A stretch of DNA of 64,000 nt from Mobula hypostoma (Eukaryota). The notes below the pieces were generated by a model. It saw only the letters and a list, made by a program, of their open reading frames with translations. It did no database searches and had not been told where the DNA came from. This document shows positions 35,901 to 48,900 of the stretch, in pieces. The position numbers and the translations under genes are program-made. Positions within the stretch are counted from its first letter, which is position 1. Each line of letters begins with the position of its first letter. The stretch spans positions 92,444,001 through 92,508,000 of the forward strand of contig NC_086097.1 of the NCBI RefSeq assembly GCF_963921235.1, given 5' to 3'.

Positions 35901-38900
35901 CTCCTCCAGCCCCAGAGGCAACTCCTCCAGTCCCAGAGTCAACTCCTCCAGTCCAGAGTCAACTCCTCCTGTCCAGAGTCAACTCCCCCTTTCTGAGTCA
36001 ACTCCTTCAGTCCGTGTCAACTCCTCCAGCTCCAGAGGCAACTCCTCCAGTCCCAGAGTCAACTCCTCCAGACTGAGTCAACTCCTCCTGTCCTAGTCAA
36101 CTCCTCCAGTCCGAGTCAACTCCTCCAGTCCGAGTCAACTCCATCATTCTGAGTCAATTCCTCCTGACCCAGAGTCAACTTCTCCAGTCCGAGTCAAGTC
36201 CTCCAGTCCCAGAGTCAACTCCTCTAGACCCAGAGTAAACACCTCCAGTCCGAGTCAACTCATCCATTCCAAGAGTCAACTCAGCCAGTCCCAGAGTCAA
36301 CTCCTCCAGTCTGAGTCAACTCCTCCAGTCCAAGAATCAACTCCTCCAGACCGAGTCAACTCCACCAGTCCCAGAGTCAACTCCTCCAGTCCAGAGTCAA
36401 CTCCTCCAGTCCAGAGTCAACTCCCCCTTTCTGAGTCAACTCCTTCAGTCCGTGTCAACTCCTCCAGCTCCAGAGGCAACTCCTCCAGTCCCAGAGTCAA
36501 CTCCTCCAGACTGAGTCAACTCCTCCTGTCCTAGTCAACTCCTCCAGTACGAGTCAACTCCTCCAGTCCGAGTCAACTCCATCATTCTGAGTCAATTCCT
36601 CCTGACCCAGAGTCAACTTCTCCAGTCCGAGTCAAGTCCTCCAGTCCCAGAGTCAACTACTCCAGACACAGAGTCAACTCCTCCAGTCCGAGTCAACTCC
36701 TCCATTCGCAGAGTCAACTCCTCCAGTCCAAGAGTCAACTCCGCCAGTCTGAGTCAACTCCTCCAGTCCGACTCAACTCCTCCAGACCGAGTCAACTCCA
36801 CCAGGCGCAGAGTCAACTCCTCCAGTCCGAGTCAACTCCTCCAGCCCCAGAGGCAACTCCTCCAGTCCCAGAGGCAACTCCTCCAGCCCCAGAGACAACT
36901 CCTCCAGTCCGAGTCAACTCCTTCAGTCCAAGAGTCAACTCCTCCAGTCCCAGAGTCAACTCCCACTGTCCGAGTCAACTCCTTCAGTCAGAGTCAACTT
37001 CTCCAGACCGAGAGTCAACTCCTCCAGTCCGAATCAACTCCTCCAGTCCGAGTCAACTCCTCCAGTCCAAGAGTCAACTCCACCAGTCCAAGAGTCAACT
37101 CCACCAGTCCAAGAGTCAACTCCTCCAGTCCAAGTCAACTCCTCCATTCCGAGTCAACTCCTCCAGTCCGAGTCAACTCCTCCAGACCCAGAGTCAACTC
37201 CTCCAGACCGAGTCAATCCTCAAGTCCGAGTCAACTACTTCAGTCCGAGTCAACTACCCCTGTCCGAGTCAACTACCCCTGTCCGAGTCAACTCCTTCAG
37301 TCCGAGTCAACTCCTCCAAACCCAGAGGCAAATCCTCCTGTCCCAGAGTCAACTCCTGCAGACCGAGTCAACTCCTCCAGTCCCAGAGTCAACTCCTCCA
37401 GTCCGAGTAAACTCCTCCAGTCCAAGAGTCAACTCCTCCAATCCCAGAGTAAACTCCTCCAGCCCCAGAGACAACTCCTCCAGTCCGAGTCAACGCCTTC
37501 AGTCCAAGAGTCAACTCCTCCAGTCCCAGAGTCATCTCCCACTGTCCGAGTCAACTCCTTCAGTCAGAGTCAAATCCTCCAGTCCCAGAGTCAACTCCTC
37601 CAGTCCGAGTCAACTCCTCCAGTCCGAGTCAACTCCTCCAGTCCAAGAGTCAACTCCACCAGTCCAAGAGTCAACTCAGCCTGTCCCAGAGTCAACTTCT
37701 CCAGTCCAAGTCAACTCCTCCATTCCGAGTCAACTCCTCCAGTCCGAGTCAACTCCTCCAGACCCAGAGTCAACTCCTCCAGTCCGAGTCAACTCCTCCA
37801 AGTCCGAGTCAACTACTCCAGTCCGAGTCAACTACCCCTGTCCGAGTCAACTACCCCTGTCCGAGTCAACTCCTTCAGTCCGAGTCAACTCCTCCAAACC
37901 CAGAGGCAAATCCTCCTGTCCCAGAGTCAACTCCTGCAGACCGAGGCAACTCCTCCTGTTCAGAGTCAACTCCTTCAGTCTGAGTCAAATCCTCCAGCCC
38001 CAGAGGCAACTCCTCCGGTCCCAGAGTCAACTCCTCCAGACCGAGTCAACTCCACCAGACGCAGAGTCAACTCCTCCAGACCGAGTCAACTCACCCTGCT
38101 TGAGTCAACTCCTTCAGTCCGAGTCAACTCCTCCAGACCCAGAGTCAACTCCTCCAGTCCGAGACAACTCCTCCAGTCCCAGAGTCAACTCCTCCAGTCC
38201 GAGTCAACTCCTCCTGTCCGAGTCAACTCCTCCAGTCCCAGAGGCAACTCCCCCTGTCCAAGTCAACTCCTCCAGTCCCAGAGTCAACTCCTCCAGTCCC
38301 AGAGTCAACTCCTCCAGCCCCAGAGGCAACTCCTCCGGTCCCAGAGTCAACTCCTCCAGTCCAGAGTCAACTCCTCCAGTCAGGAGTCAACTCCCCCTTT
38401 CTGAGTCAACTCCTTCAGTCCGTGTCAACTCCTCCAGCTCCAGAGGCAACTCCTCCAGTCCCAGAGTCAACTCCTCCAGACTGAGTCAACTCCTCCAGTC
38501 CGAGTCAACTCCTCCAGTCCGAGTCAACTCCTCCAGTCCCAGAGTCAACTCCTCCAGCCCCAGAGGCAACTCCTCCCGTCCCAGAGTCAACTCCTCCAGT
38601 CCGAGTCAACTCCTCCAGTCCAAGAGTCAACTCCTCCAGACCGAGTCAACTCCTCCAGACCCAGAGTCAACTCCTCCAGCACGAGTCAACCCCTCCTGTC
38701 CTAGTCAACTCCTCTAGTCTGAGTCAACTCCTCCAGTCCGAGTCAACTCCATCATTCTGAGTCAATTCCTCCTGACCCAGAGTCAACTTCTCCAGTCCGA
38801 GTCAACTCCTCCAGTCCGAGTCAACTCCTCCAGTCCGAGTCAACTCCATCATTCTGAGTCAATTCCTCCTGACCCAGAGTCAACTTCTCCAGTCCGAGTC

Positions 38901-41900
38901 AACTCCTCCAGTCCAGAGTCAACTCCTCCAGTCCCAGAGTCAACACCTCCAGTCCCAGAGTCAACTATTCCAGCCCCAAAGGCAACTCCTCCAGTCCCAG
39001 AGTCAACTCCTCCAGACCGAGTCAACTCCTCCAGTCCAAGAGTCAACACCTCCAGTCCGAGTGAACTCCTCCAGTCCCAGAGTCAACTCCTCCATTCCGA
39101 GTCAACTCCTCCAGTCCGAGTCAACTCCTCCAGTCCCAGAGTCAACTCCCCCTGTCCAAGTCAACTCCTCCAGTCCCAGAGTCAACTCCTCCAGTCCGAG
39201 AGTCAAATCCTCCAGCCCCAGAGGCAACTCCTCCGGTCCCAGAGTCAACTCCTCCAGTCCAGAGTCAACTCCTCCAGTCCAGAGTCAACTCCCCCTTTCT
39301 GAGTCAACTCCTTCAGTCCGAGTCAACTCCTTCAGTCAGAGTCAACTCCTCCAGTCCCAGAGTCAACTCCTCCAGACGGAGTCAACTCCTCCAGTCCTAG
39401 TCAACTCCTCCAGTCCGAGTCAACTCCTCCAGTCCGAGTCAACTCCATCATTCTGAGTCAATTCCTCCTGACCCAGAGTCAACTTCTCCAGTCCGAGTCA
39501 AGTCCTCCAGTCCCAGAGTCAACTCCTCTAGACCCAGAGTAAACACCTCCAGTCCGAGTCAACTCATCCATTCCAAGAGTCAACTCAGCCAGTCCCAGAG
39601 TCAACTCCTCCAGTCCAAGAATCAACTCCTCCAGACCGAGTCAACTCCACCAGTCCCAGAGTCAACTCCTCCAGTCCAGAGTCAACTCCTCCAGTCCAGA
39701 GTCAACTCCCCCTTTCTGAGTCAACTCCTTCAGTCCGTGTCAACTCCTCCAGCTCCAGAGGCAACTCCTCCAGTCCCAGAGTCAACTCCTCCAGACTGAG
39801 TCAACTCCTCCTGTCCTAGTCAACTCCTCCAGTACGAGTCAACTCCTCCAGTCCGAGTCAACTCCATCATTCTGAGTCAATTCCTCCTGACCCAGAGTCA
39901 ACTTCTCCAGTCCGAGTCAAGTCCTCCAGTCCCAGAGTCAACTCCTCTAGACCCAGAGTAAACACCTCCAGTCCGAGTCAACTCATCCATTCCAAGAGTC
40001 AACTCAGCCAGTCCCAGAGTCAACTCCTCCAGTCTGAGTCAACTCCTCCAGTCCAAGAATCAACTCCTCCAGACCGAGTCAACTCCACCAGTCGCAGAGT
40101 CAACTCCTCCAGCACGAGTCAACCCCTCCAGCCCCAGAGGCAACTCCTCCGATCCCAGAGTAAACTCCTCCAGCCCCAGAGACAACTCCTCCAGTCCGAG
40201 TCAACGCCTTCAGTCCAAGAGTCAACTCCTCCAGTCCCAGAGTCATCTCCCACTGTCCGAGTCAACTCCTTCAGTCAGAGTCAAATCCTCCCGTCCCAGA
40301 GTCAACTCCTCCATTCCGAGTCAACTCCTCCAGTCCGAGTCAACTCCACCAGTCCAAGAGTCAACTCCACCAGTCCAAGAGTCAACTCAGCCTGTCCCAG
40401 AGTCAACTTCTCCAGTCCAAGTCAACTCCTCCATTCCGAGTCAACTCCTCCAGTCCGAGTCAACTCCTCCAGACCCAGAGTCAACTCCTCCAGACCGAGT
40501 CAACTCCTCCAGTCCGAGTCAACTCCTCCAGTCCGAGTCAACTCCTCCAGTCCGAGTCAACTCCCCCTGTCCGAGTCAACTCCTTCAGTCCGAGTCAACT
40601 CCTCCAAACCCAGAGGCAAATCCTCCTGTCCCAGAGTCAACTCCTGCAGACGGAGGCAACTCCTCCTGTTCAGAGTCAACTTCTCCAGTCCGAGTCAAGT
40701 CCTCCAGTTCCAGAGTCAACTCCTCCAATCCCAGAGTAAACTCCTCCAGCCCCAGAGACAACTCCTCCAGTCCGAGTCAACGCCTTCAGTCCAAGAGTCA
40801 ACTCCTCCAGTCCCAGAGTCATCTCCCACTGTCCAAGTCAACTCCTTCAGTCAGAGTCAAATCCTCCCGTCCCAGAGTCAACTCCTCCATTCCGAGTCCA
40901 CTCCTCCAGTCCGAGTCAACTCCACCAGTCCAAGAGTCAACTCCACCAGTCCAAGAGTCAACTCAGCCTGTCCCAGAGTCAACTTCTCCAGTCCAAGTCA
41001 ACTCCTCCATTCCGATTCAACTCCTCCAGTCCGAGTCAACTCCTCCAGACCCAGAGTGAACTCCTCCAGACCGAGTCAATCCTCAAGTCCGAGTCAACTA
41101 CTCCAGTCCGAGTCAACTACCCCTGTCCGAGTCAACTACCCCTGTCCGAGTCAACTCCTTCAGTCCGAGTCAACTCCTCCAAACCCAGAGGCAAATCCTC
41201 CTGTCCCAGAGTCAACTCCTGCAGACCGAGGCAACTCCTCCTGTTCAGAGTCAACTTCTCCAGTCCGAATCAACTCCTCCAGCCACAGAGGCAACTCCTC
41301 CGGTCCCCGAGTCAACTCCTCCAGACCGAGTCAACTCCTCCAGTCCAGAGTCAACTCCTCCAGTCCGAGTCAACTCACCCTGCCCGAGTCAACTCCTTCA
41401 GTCCGATCAACTCCTCCAGTCCCAGAGTCAACTCCTCTAGTCCGAGTGAACTCCTCCAGTCCCAGAATCAACTCCTCCAGTCCGATCAATTCCTCCTGTC
41501 CGAGTCAACTCCTCCAGTCCCAGAGGCAACTCCCCCTGTCCAAGTCAACTCCTCCAGTCCCAGAGTCAACTCCTCCAGTCCTAGAGTCAAATCCTCCAGC
41601 CCCAGAGGCAACTCCTCCGGTCCCAGAGTCAACTCCTCCAGTCCAGAGTCAACTCCTCCAGTCAGGAGTCAACTCCCCCTTTCTGAGTCAACTCCTTCAG
41701 TCCGTGTCAACTCCTCCAGCTCCAGAGGCAACTCCTCCAGTCCCAGAGTCAACTCCTCCAGACTGAGTCAACTCCTCCAGTCCGAGTCAACTCCTTCAGT
41801 CCGAGTCAACTCCTCCAGCCCCACAGGCAACTCCTCCAGCCCCAGAGGCAACACCTCCGGTCCCAGAGTCAACTCCTCCAGTCTGAGTCAACTCCTCCAG

Positions 41901-42950
41901 TCCAAGAATCAACTCCTCCAGACCGAGTCAACTCCACCAGTCGCAGAGTCAACTCCTCCAGCACGAGTCAACCCCTCCTGTCCTAGTCAACTCCTCTAGT
42001 CTGAGTCAACTCCTCCAGTCCGAGTCAACTCCATCATTCTGAGTCAATTCCTCCTGACCCAGAGTCAACTTCTCCAGTCCGAGTCAACTCCTCCAGTCCG
42101 AGTCAACTCCTCCAGTCCGAGTCAACTCCATCATTCTGAGTCAATTCCTCCTGACCCAGAGTCAACTTCTCCAGTCCGAGTCAACTCCTCCAGTCCAGAG
42201 TCAACTCCTCCAGTCCCAGAGTCAACACCTCCAGTCCCAGAGTCAACTATTCCAGCCCCAAAGGCAACTCCTCCAGTCCCAGAGTCAACTCCTCCAGTCC
42301 GAGTAAACTCCTCCAGTCCAAGAGTCAACACCTCCAATCCGAGTGAACTCCTCCAGTCCCAGAATCAACTCCTCCATTCCGAATCAACTCCTCCTGTCCG
42401 AGTCAACTCCTCCAGTCCCAGAGGCAACTCCCCCTGTCCAAGTCAACTCCTCCAGTCCCAGAGTCAACTCCTCCAGTCCGAGAGTCAAATCCTCCAGCCC
42501 CAGAGGCAACTCCTCCGGTCCCAGAGTCAACTCCTCCAGTCCAGAGTCAACTCCTCCTGTCCAGAGTCAACTCCCCCTTTCTGAGTCAACTCCTTCAGTC
42601 CGTGTCAACTCCTCCAGCTCCAGAGGCAACTCCTCCAGTCCCAGAGTCAACTCCTCCAGACTGAGTCAACTCCTCCTGTCCTAGTCAACTCCTCCAGTCC
42701 GAGTCAACTCCTCCAGTCCGAGTCAACTCCATCATTCTGAGTCAATTCCTCCTGACCCAGAGTCAACTTCTCCAGTCCGAGTCAAGTCCTCCAGTCCCAG
42801 AGTCAACTCCTCTAGACCCAGAGTAAACACCTCCAGTCCGAGTCAACTCATCCATTCCAAGAGTCAACTCAGCCAGTCCCAGAGTCAACTCCTCCAGTCT
42901 GAGTCAACTCCTCCAGTCCAAGAATCAACTCCTCCAGACCGAGTCAACTC
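33000..42950 (+). repeat. HOR family C, three tandem copies of about 3.3 kb with a best-match period of about 6.59 kb
   Basis: CAGGAGTC at 35075, 38381, 41663. TACGAG following GTCCTAGTC at 33244, 36548, 39833. TCCGATTCAAC at 34421 and 41011. GAGTCCACTCC at 34304 and 40894. Confidence 0.85.
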
Positions 42951-42999
42951 CACCAGTCGCAGAGTCAACTCCTCCAGCACGAGTCAACCCCTCCAGCCC

Positions 43000-45900
43000 C
43001 AGAGGCAACTCCTCCGATCCCAGAGTAAACTCCTCCAGCCCCAGAGACAACTCCTCCAGTCCGAGTCAACGCCTTCAGTCCAAGAGTCAACTCCTCCAGT
43101 CCCAGAGTCAACTCCCACTGTCCGAGTCAACTCCTTCAGTCAGAGTCAAATCCTCCAGTCCCAGAGTCAACTCCTCCATTCCGAGTCAACTCCTCCAGTC
43201 CAAGAGTCAACTCCACCAGTCCAAGAGTCAACTCAGCCTGTCCCAGAGTCAACTTCTCCAGTCCAAGTCAACTCCTCCATTCCGAGTCAACTCCTCCAGT
43301 CCGAGTCAACTCCTCCAGACCCAGTCAACTCCTCCAGACGGAGTCAATCCTCAAGTCCGAGTCAACTACTCCAGTCCGAGTCAACTACCCCTGTCCGAGT
43401 CAACTACCCCTGTCCGAGTCAACACCTTCAGTCCGAGTCAACTCCTCCAAACCCAGAGGCAAATCCTCCTGTCCCAGAGTCAACTCCTGCAGACGGAGGC
43501 AACTCCTCCTGTTCAGAGTCAACTTCTCCAGTCCGAGTCAAGTCCTCCAGTTCCAGAGTCAACTCCTCCGATCCCAGAGTAAACTCCTCCAGCCCCAGAG
43601 ACAACTCCTCCAGTCCGAGTCAACGCCTTCAGTCCAAGAGTCAACTCCTCCAGTCCCAGAGTCAACTCCCACTGTCCGAGTCAACTCCTTCAGTCAGAGT
43701 CAAATCCTCCAGTCCCAGAGTCAACTCCTCCAGTCCGAGTCAACTCCTCCAGTCCGAGTCAACTCCTCCAGTCCAAGAGTCAACTCCACCAGTCCAAGAG
43801 TCAACTCCACCAGTCCAAGAGTCAACTCCACCAGTCCAAGTCAACTCCTCCATTCCGAGTCAACTCCTCCAGTCCGAGTCAACTCCTCCAGACCCAGAGT
43901 CAACTCCTCCAGTCCGAGTCAACTCCTCAAGTCCGAGTCAACTCCTCCAGTCCGAGTCAACTCCCCCTGTCCGAGTCAACTCCTTCAGTCCGAGTCAACT
44001 CCTCCAGCCCCAGAGACAACTCCTCCGGTCCCAGAGTCAACTCCTCCAGACCGAGTCAACTCCACCAGATGCAGAGTCAACTCCTCCAGTCCGAGTCAAC
44101 TCCTCCAGTCCCAGAGTCAACTCCTCCAGTCCGAGTCAACTCCTCCAGTCCCAGAGTCAACTCCTCCAGTCCCAGAGTCAACTCCTCCAATCCGAGTTAA
44201 CTGCTCCAGTCCGAGTCAAATCCTCCAGTCCGAGTCAACTCCTCCAGACCCAGAGTCAACTCCTCCAGTCCGAGTCAACTCCTCCAGTCCGAGTCAACTC
44301 CTCCAGTCCGAGTCAACTCCCCCTGTCCGAGTCAACTCCTCCAGTCCGAGTCAACTCCTCAAGTCCGAGTCAACTCCTCCAGTCCGAGTCAACTCCTCCA
44401 GTCCCAGAGGCAACTCCCCCAGTCCCAGAGTCAACTCCTCCAGACCAAGAGTCAACTCCTCTAGTCCGAGACAACTTCTCCAGTCCGAGTCAATTCCTCC
44501 AGTCCGAGTCAAATCCTCCAGTCCAAGAGTCAACACCGCCAGTCCCAGAGTCAACTTCTCCAGTCCGAGTCAACTCCTCCAGTCCGAGTCAACTCCTCCA
44601 GTCCCAGAGGCAACTCCCCCTGACCAAGTCAACTCCTCCAGTCCCAGAGTCAACTCCTCCAGTCCGAGTCAACTCCTCCAGCCCCAGAGGCAACTCCTCC
44701 AGTCCGAGTCAACTCCTCCAGACCCAGAGTCAAATCCTCCAGTCACACAGTCAACTCCTCCAGTCCGAGTCAACTCCTACAGTCCAGACTCAACATCTCC
44801 AGACCCAGAGTCAACTCCTGCATTCCGAGTCAACTCCTTCAGTCCAAGAGTCAACTCCTCCAGTCCCAGAGTCAACTCCCACAATTCGAGTCAACTCCTT
44901 CAGTCAGATTCAAATCCTCCAGTCCCACAGTCAACTCCTCCAGTCCAAGTCAAATCCTCCAGTTCCACAGTAAACTCCTCCAGTCCGAGTCAACTCCTCC
45001 AGTCCCAGAGTCAACTCCTCCAGTCCAGAGTCAACTCCCCCTTTCTGAGTCAATTTCATCAGTCCGAGTCAACTCCTCCAGCTCCAGTGGCAACTCCTCC
45101 GGTCCCAGAGTCAACTCCTCCAGTCTGAGTCAACTCCTCCAGTCCAAGAATCAACTCCTCCAGACCGAGTCAACTCCACCAGTCGCAGAGTCAACTCCTC
45201 CAGCACGAGTCAACTCCTCCAGCCCCAGAGGCAACTCCTCCGATCCCAGAGTCAACTCCTCCAGCCCCAGAGACAACTCCTCCAGTCCGAGTCAACGCCT
45301 TCAGTCCAAGAGTCAACTCCTCCAGTCCCAGAGTCATCTCCCACTGTCCGAGTCAACTCCCACTGTCCGAGTCAACTCCTTCAGTCAGAGTCAAATCCTC
45401 CCGTCCCAGAGTCAACTCCTCCAGTCCGAGTGAACTCCTCCAGTCCCAGAATCAACTCCTCCAGTCCGAATCAACTCCTCCTGTCCGAGTCAACTCCTCC
45501 AGTCCCAGAGTCAACTCCTCCAGTCCAGAGTCAACTCCTCCAGTCCGAGTCAACTCCTCCAGTCCCAGAGTCAACTCCTCCAGCCCCAGAGGCAACTCCT
45601 CCGGTCCCAGAGTCAACTCCTCCAGTCCCAGAGTCAACTCCCCCTTTCTGAGTCAACTCCTTCAGTCCGTCTCAACTCCTCCAGCTCCAGAGGCAACTCC
45701 TCCAGTCCCAGAGTCAACTCCTCCAGACTGAGTCAACTCCTCCAGTCCGAGTCAACTCCTCCAGCCCCAGAGGCAACTCCTCCAGCCCCAGAGGCAACAC
45801 CTCCGGTCCCAGAGTCAACTCCTCCAGTCTGAGTCAACTCCTCCAGTCCAAGAATCAACTCCTCCAGACCGAGTCAACTCCACCAGTCGCAGAGTCAACT

Positions 45901-48900
45901 CCTCCAGCACGAGTCAACCCCTCCAGCCCCAGAGGCAACTCCTCCGGTCCCAGAGTAAACTCCTCCAGCCCCAGAGACAACTCCTCCAGTCCGAGTCAAC
46001 TCCTTCAGTCCAAGAGTCAACTCCTCCAGTCCCAGAGTCATCTCCCACTGTCCGAGTCAACTCCTTCAGTCAGAGTCAAATCCTCCCGTCCCAGAGTCAA
46101 CTCCTCCATTCCGAGTCAACTCCTCCAGTCCGAGTCAACTCCTCCAGTCCAAGAGTCAACTCCACCAGTCCAAGAGTCAACTCAGCCTGTCCCAGAGTCA
46201 ACTCCTCCAGTCCTGAGTTAACTCCTCCATTCCGAGTCAACTCCTCCATTCAGAGTCAATTCCTCCAGACCGAGTCATCTCCTCCAGACCCAGAGTCAAC
46301 TCCTCCAGACCGAGTCAACTCCTCAAGTCCGAGTCAACTACTCCAGTCCGAGTCAACTCCCCCTGTCCGAGTCAACTACCCCTGTCCGAGTCAACTCCTT
46401 CAGTCCGAGTCAACTCCTCCAAACCCAGAGGCAAATCCTCCTGTCCCAGAGTCAACTCCTGCAGACCGAGGCAACTCCTCCTGTTCAGAGTCAACTTCTC
46501 CAGTCCGAGTCAAGTCCTCCAGTTCCAGAGTCAACTCCTCCAGACCCAGAGTCAACTCCTCCAGACCCAGAGTCAACTCCTCCAGTCCGAGTCAACTCCT
46601 CCAGTCCAAGAGTCAACTCCTCCAGCCCCAGAGTCATCTCCCACTGTCCGAGTCAACTCCTTCAGTCAGAGTCAAATCCTCCAGTCCCGAGTCAACTCCT
46701 CCAGTCCGAGTCAACTCCTCCAGTCCGAGTCAACTCCACCAGTCCAAGAGTCAACTCAGCCTGTCCCAGAGTCAACTTCTCCAGTCCAAGTCAACTCCTC
46801 CAAGTCAACTCCTCCTGTCCGTGTCAACTCCTCCAGACCAAGAGTCAACTCCTCCTGATCGAGTCAACTCCTCCAGTCCGAGTCAACTCCTCCAGTCCAG
46901 AGTCAACTCCTCCAGTCCGAGTCAACTGCCCCTGTCCGAGTCAACTCCTTCAGTCCGAGTCAACTCCTCCAACCCCAGAGGCAAATCCTCCGGTCCCAGA
47001 GTCAACTCCTGCAGACCGAAGCAACTCCTCCTGTTCAGAGTCAACTTCTCCAGTCCGAGTCAACTCCTCCAGTCCCAGAGTCAAATCCTCCAGTCTGAGT
47101 TAACTGCTCCATTCCGAGTCAAATCCTCCAGTCCGAGTCAACTCCTCCAGACCCAGAGTCAGCTCCTCCAATCCGAGTCAACTCTTCAAGTCCGAGTCAA
47201 ATCCTCCAGTCCGAGTCAACTCCCCCTGTCCAAGACAACTCCCCCGGTCCGAGTCAACTCCTTCAACCGAGTCAACTCCTTCAACCGAGTCAACTCCTCC
47301 AGTCCCAGAGTCAACATCTCCAGTCCCAGAGTCAACTCCTCCAGACCAAGAGTCAACTCCTCTAGTCCGAGACAACTTCTCCAGTCCGAGTCAATTCCTC
47401 CAGTCCGAGTCAAATCCTCCAGTCCAAGAGTCAACACCGCCAGTCCCAGAGTCAACTTCTCCAGTCCGAGTCAACTCCTCCAGTCCGAGTCAACTCCTCC
47501 AGTCCCAGAGGCAACTCCCCCTGACCAAGTCAACTCCTCCAGTCCCAGAGTCAACTCCTCCAGTATGAGTCAACTCCTCCAGCCCCAGAGGCAACTCCTC
47601 CGGTACCAGAGTGAACTCCTCCAGCCCCAGAGGCAACTCCTCTGGTCCCAGTGTCAACTCCTCCAGACCCAGTCAACTCCTACAGTCCAGAGTCAACTTC
47701 TCCAGACCCAGAGTCAACTCCTGCATTCCGAGTCAACTCCTTCAGTCCAAGAGTCAACTCCTCCAGTCCCAGAGTCAACTCCCACAATTTGAGTCACCTC
47801 CTCCAGCACGAGTCAACCCCTCCAGCCCCAGAGGCAACTCCTCCGATCCCAGAGTAAACTCCTCCAGCCCCAGAGACAACTCCTCCAGTCCGAGTCAACG
47901 CCTTCAGTCCAAGAGTCAACTCCTCCAGTCCCAGAGTCATCTCCCACTGTCCGAGTCAACTCCTTCAGTCAGAGTCAAATCCTCCCGTCCCAGAGTCAAC
48001 TCCTCCATTCCGAGTCAACTCCTCCAGTCCGAGTCAACTCCACCAGTCCAAGAGTCAACTCCACCAGTCCAAGAGTCAACTCAGCCTGTCCCAGAGTCAA
48101 CTTCTCCAGTCCAAGTCAACTCCTCCATTCCGAGTCAACTCCTCCAGTCCGAGTCAACTCCTCCAGACCCAGAGTGAACTCCTCCAGACCGAGTCAATCC
48201 TCAAGTCCGAGTCAACTACTCCAGTCCGAGTCAACTACCCCTGTCCGAGTCAACTACCCCTATCCGAGTCAACTCCTTCAGTCCGAGTCAACTCCTCCAA
48301 ACCCAGAGGCAAATCCTCCTGTCCCAGAGTCAACTCCTGCAGACCGAGGCAACTCCTCCTGTTCAGAGTCAACTTCTCCAGTCCGAATCAACTCCTCCAG
48401 CCACAGAGGCAACTCCTCCGGTCCCCGAGTCAACTCCTCCAGACCGAGTCAACTCCTCCAGTCCAGAGTCAACTCCTCCAGTCCGAGTCAACTCACCCTG
48501 CCCGAGTCAACTCCTTCAGTCCGATCAACTCCTCCAGTCCCAGAGTCAACTCCTCCAGTCCGAGTGAACTCCTCCAGTCCCAGAATCAACTCCTCCAGTC
48601 CGATCAATTCCTCCTGTCCGAGTCAACTCCTCCAGTCCCAGAGGCAACTCCCCCTGTCCAAGTCAACTCCTCCAGTCCCAGAGTCAACTCCTCCAGTCCT
48701 AGAGTCAAATCCTCCAGCCTCAGAGGCAACTCCTCCGGTCCCAGAGTCAACTCCTCCAGTCCAGAGTCAACTCCTCCAGTCCAGAGTCAACTCCCCCTTT
48801 CTGAGGCAACTCCTTCAGTCCTTGTCAACTCCTCCAGCTCCAGAGGCAACTCCTCCAGTCCCAGAGTCAACTCCTCCAGACTGAGTCAACTCCTCCTGTC

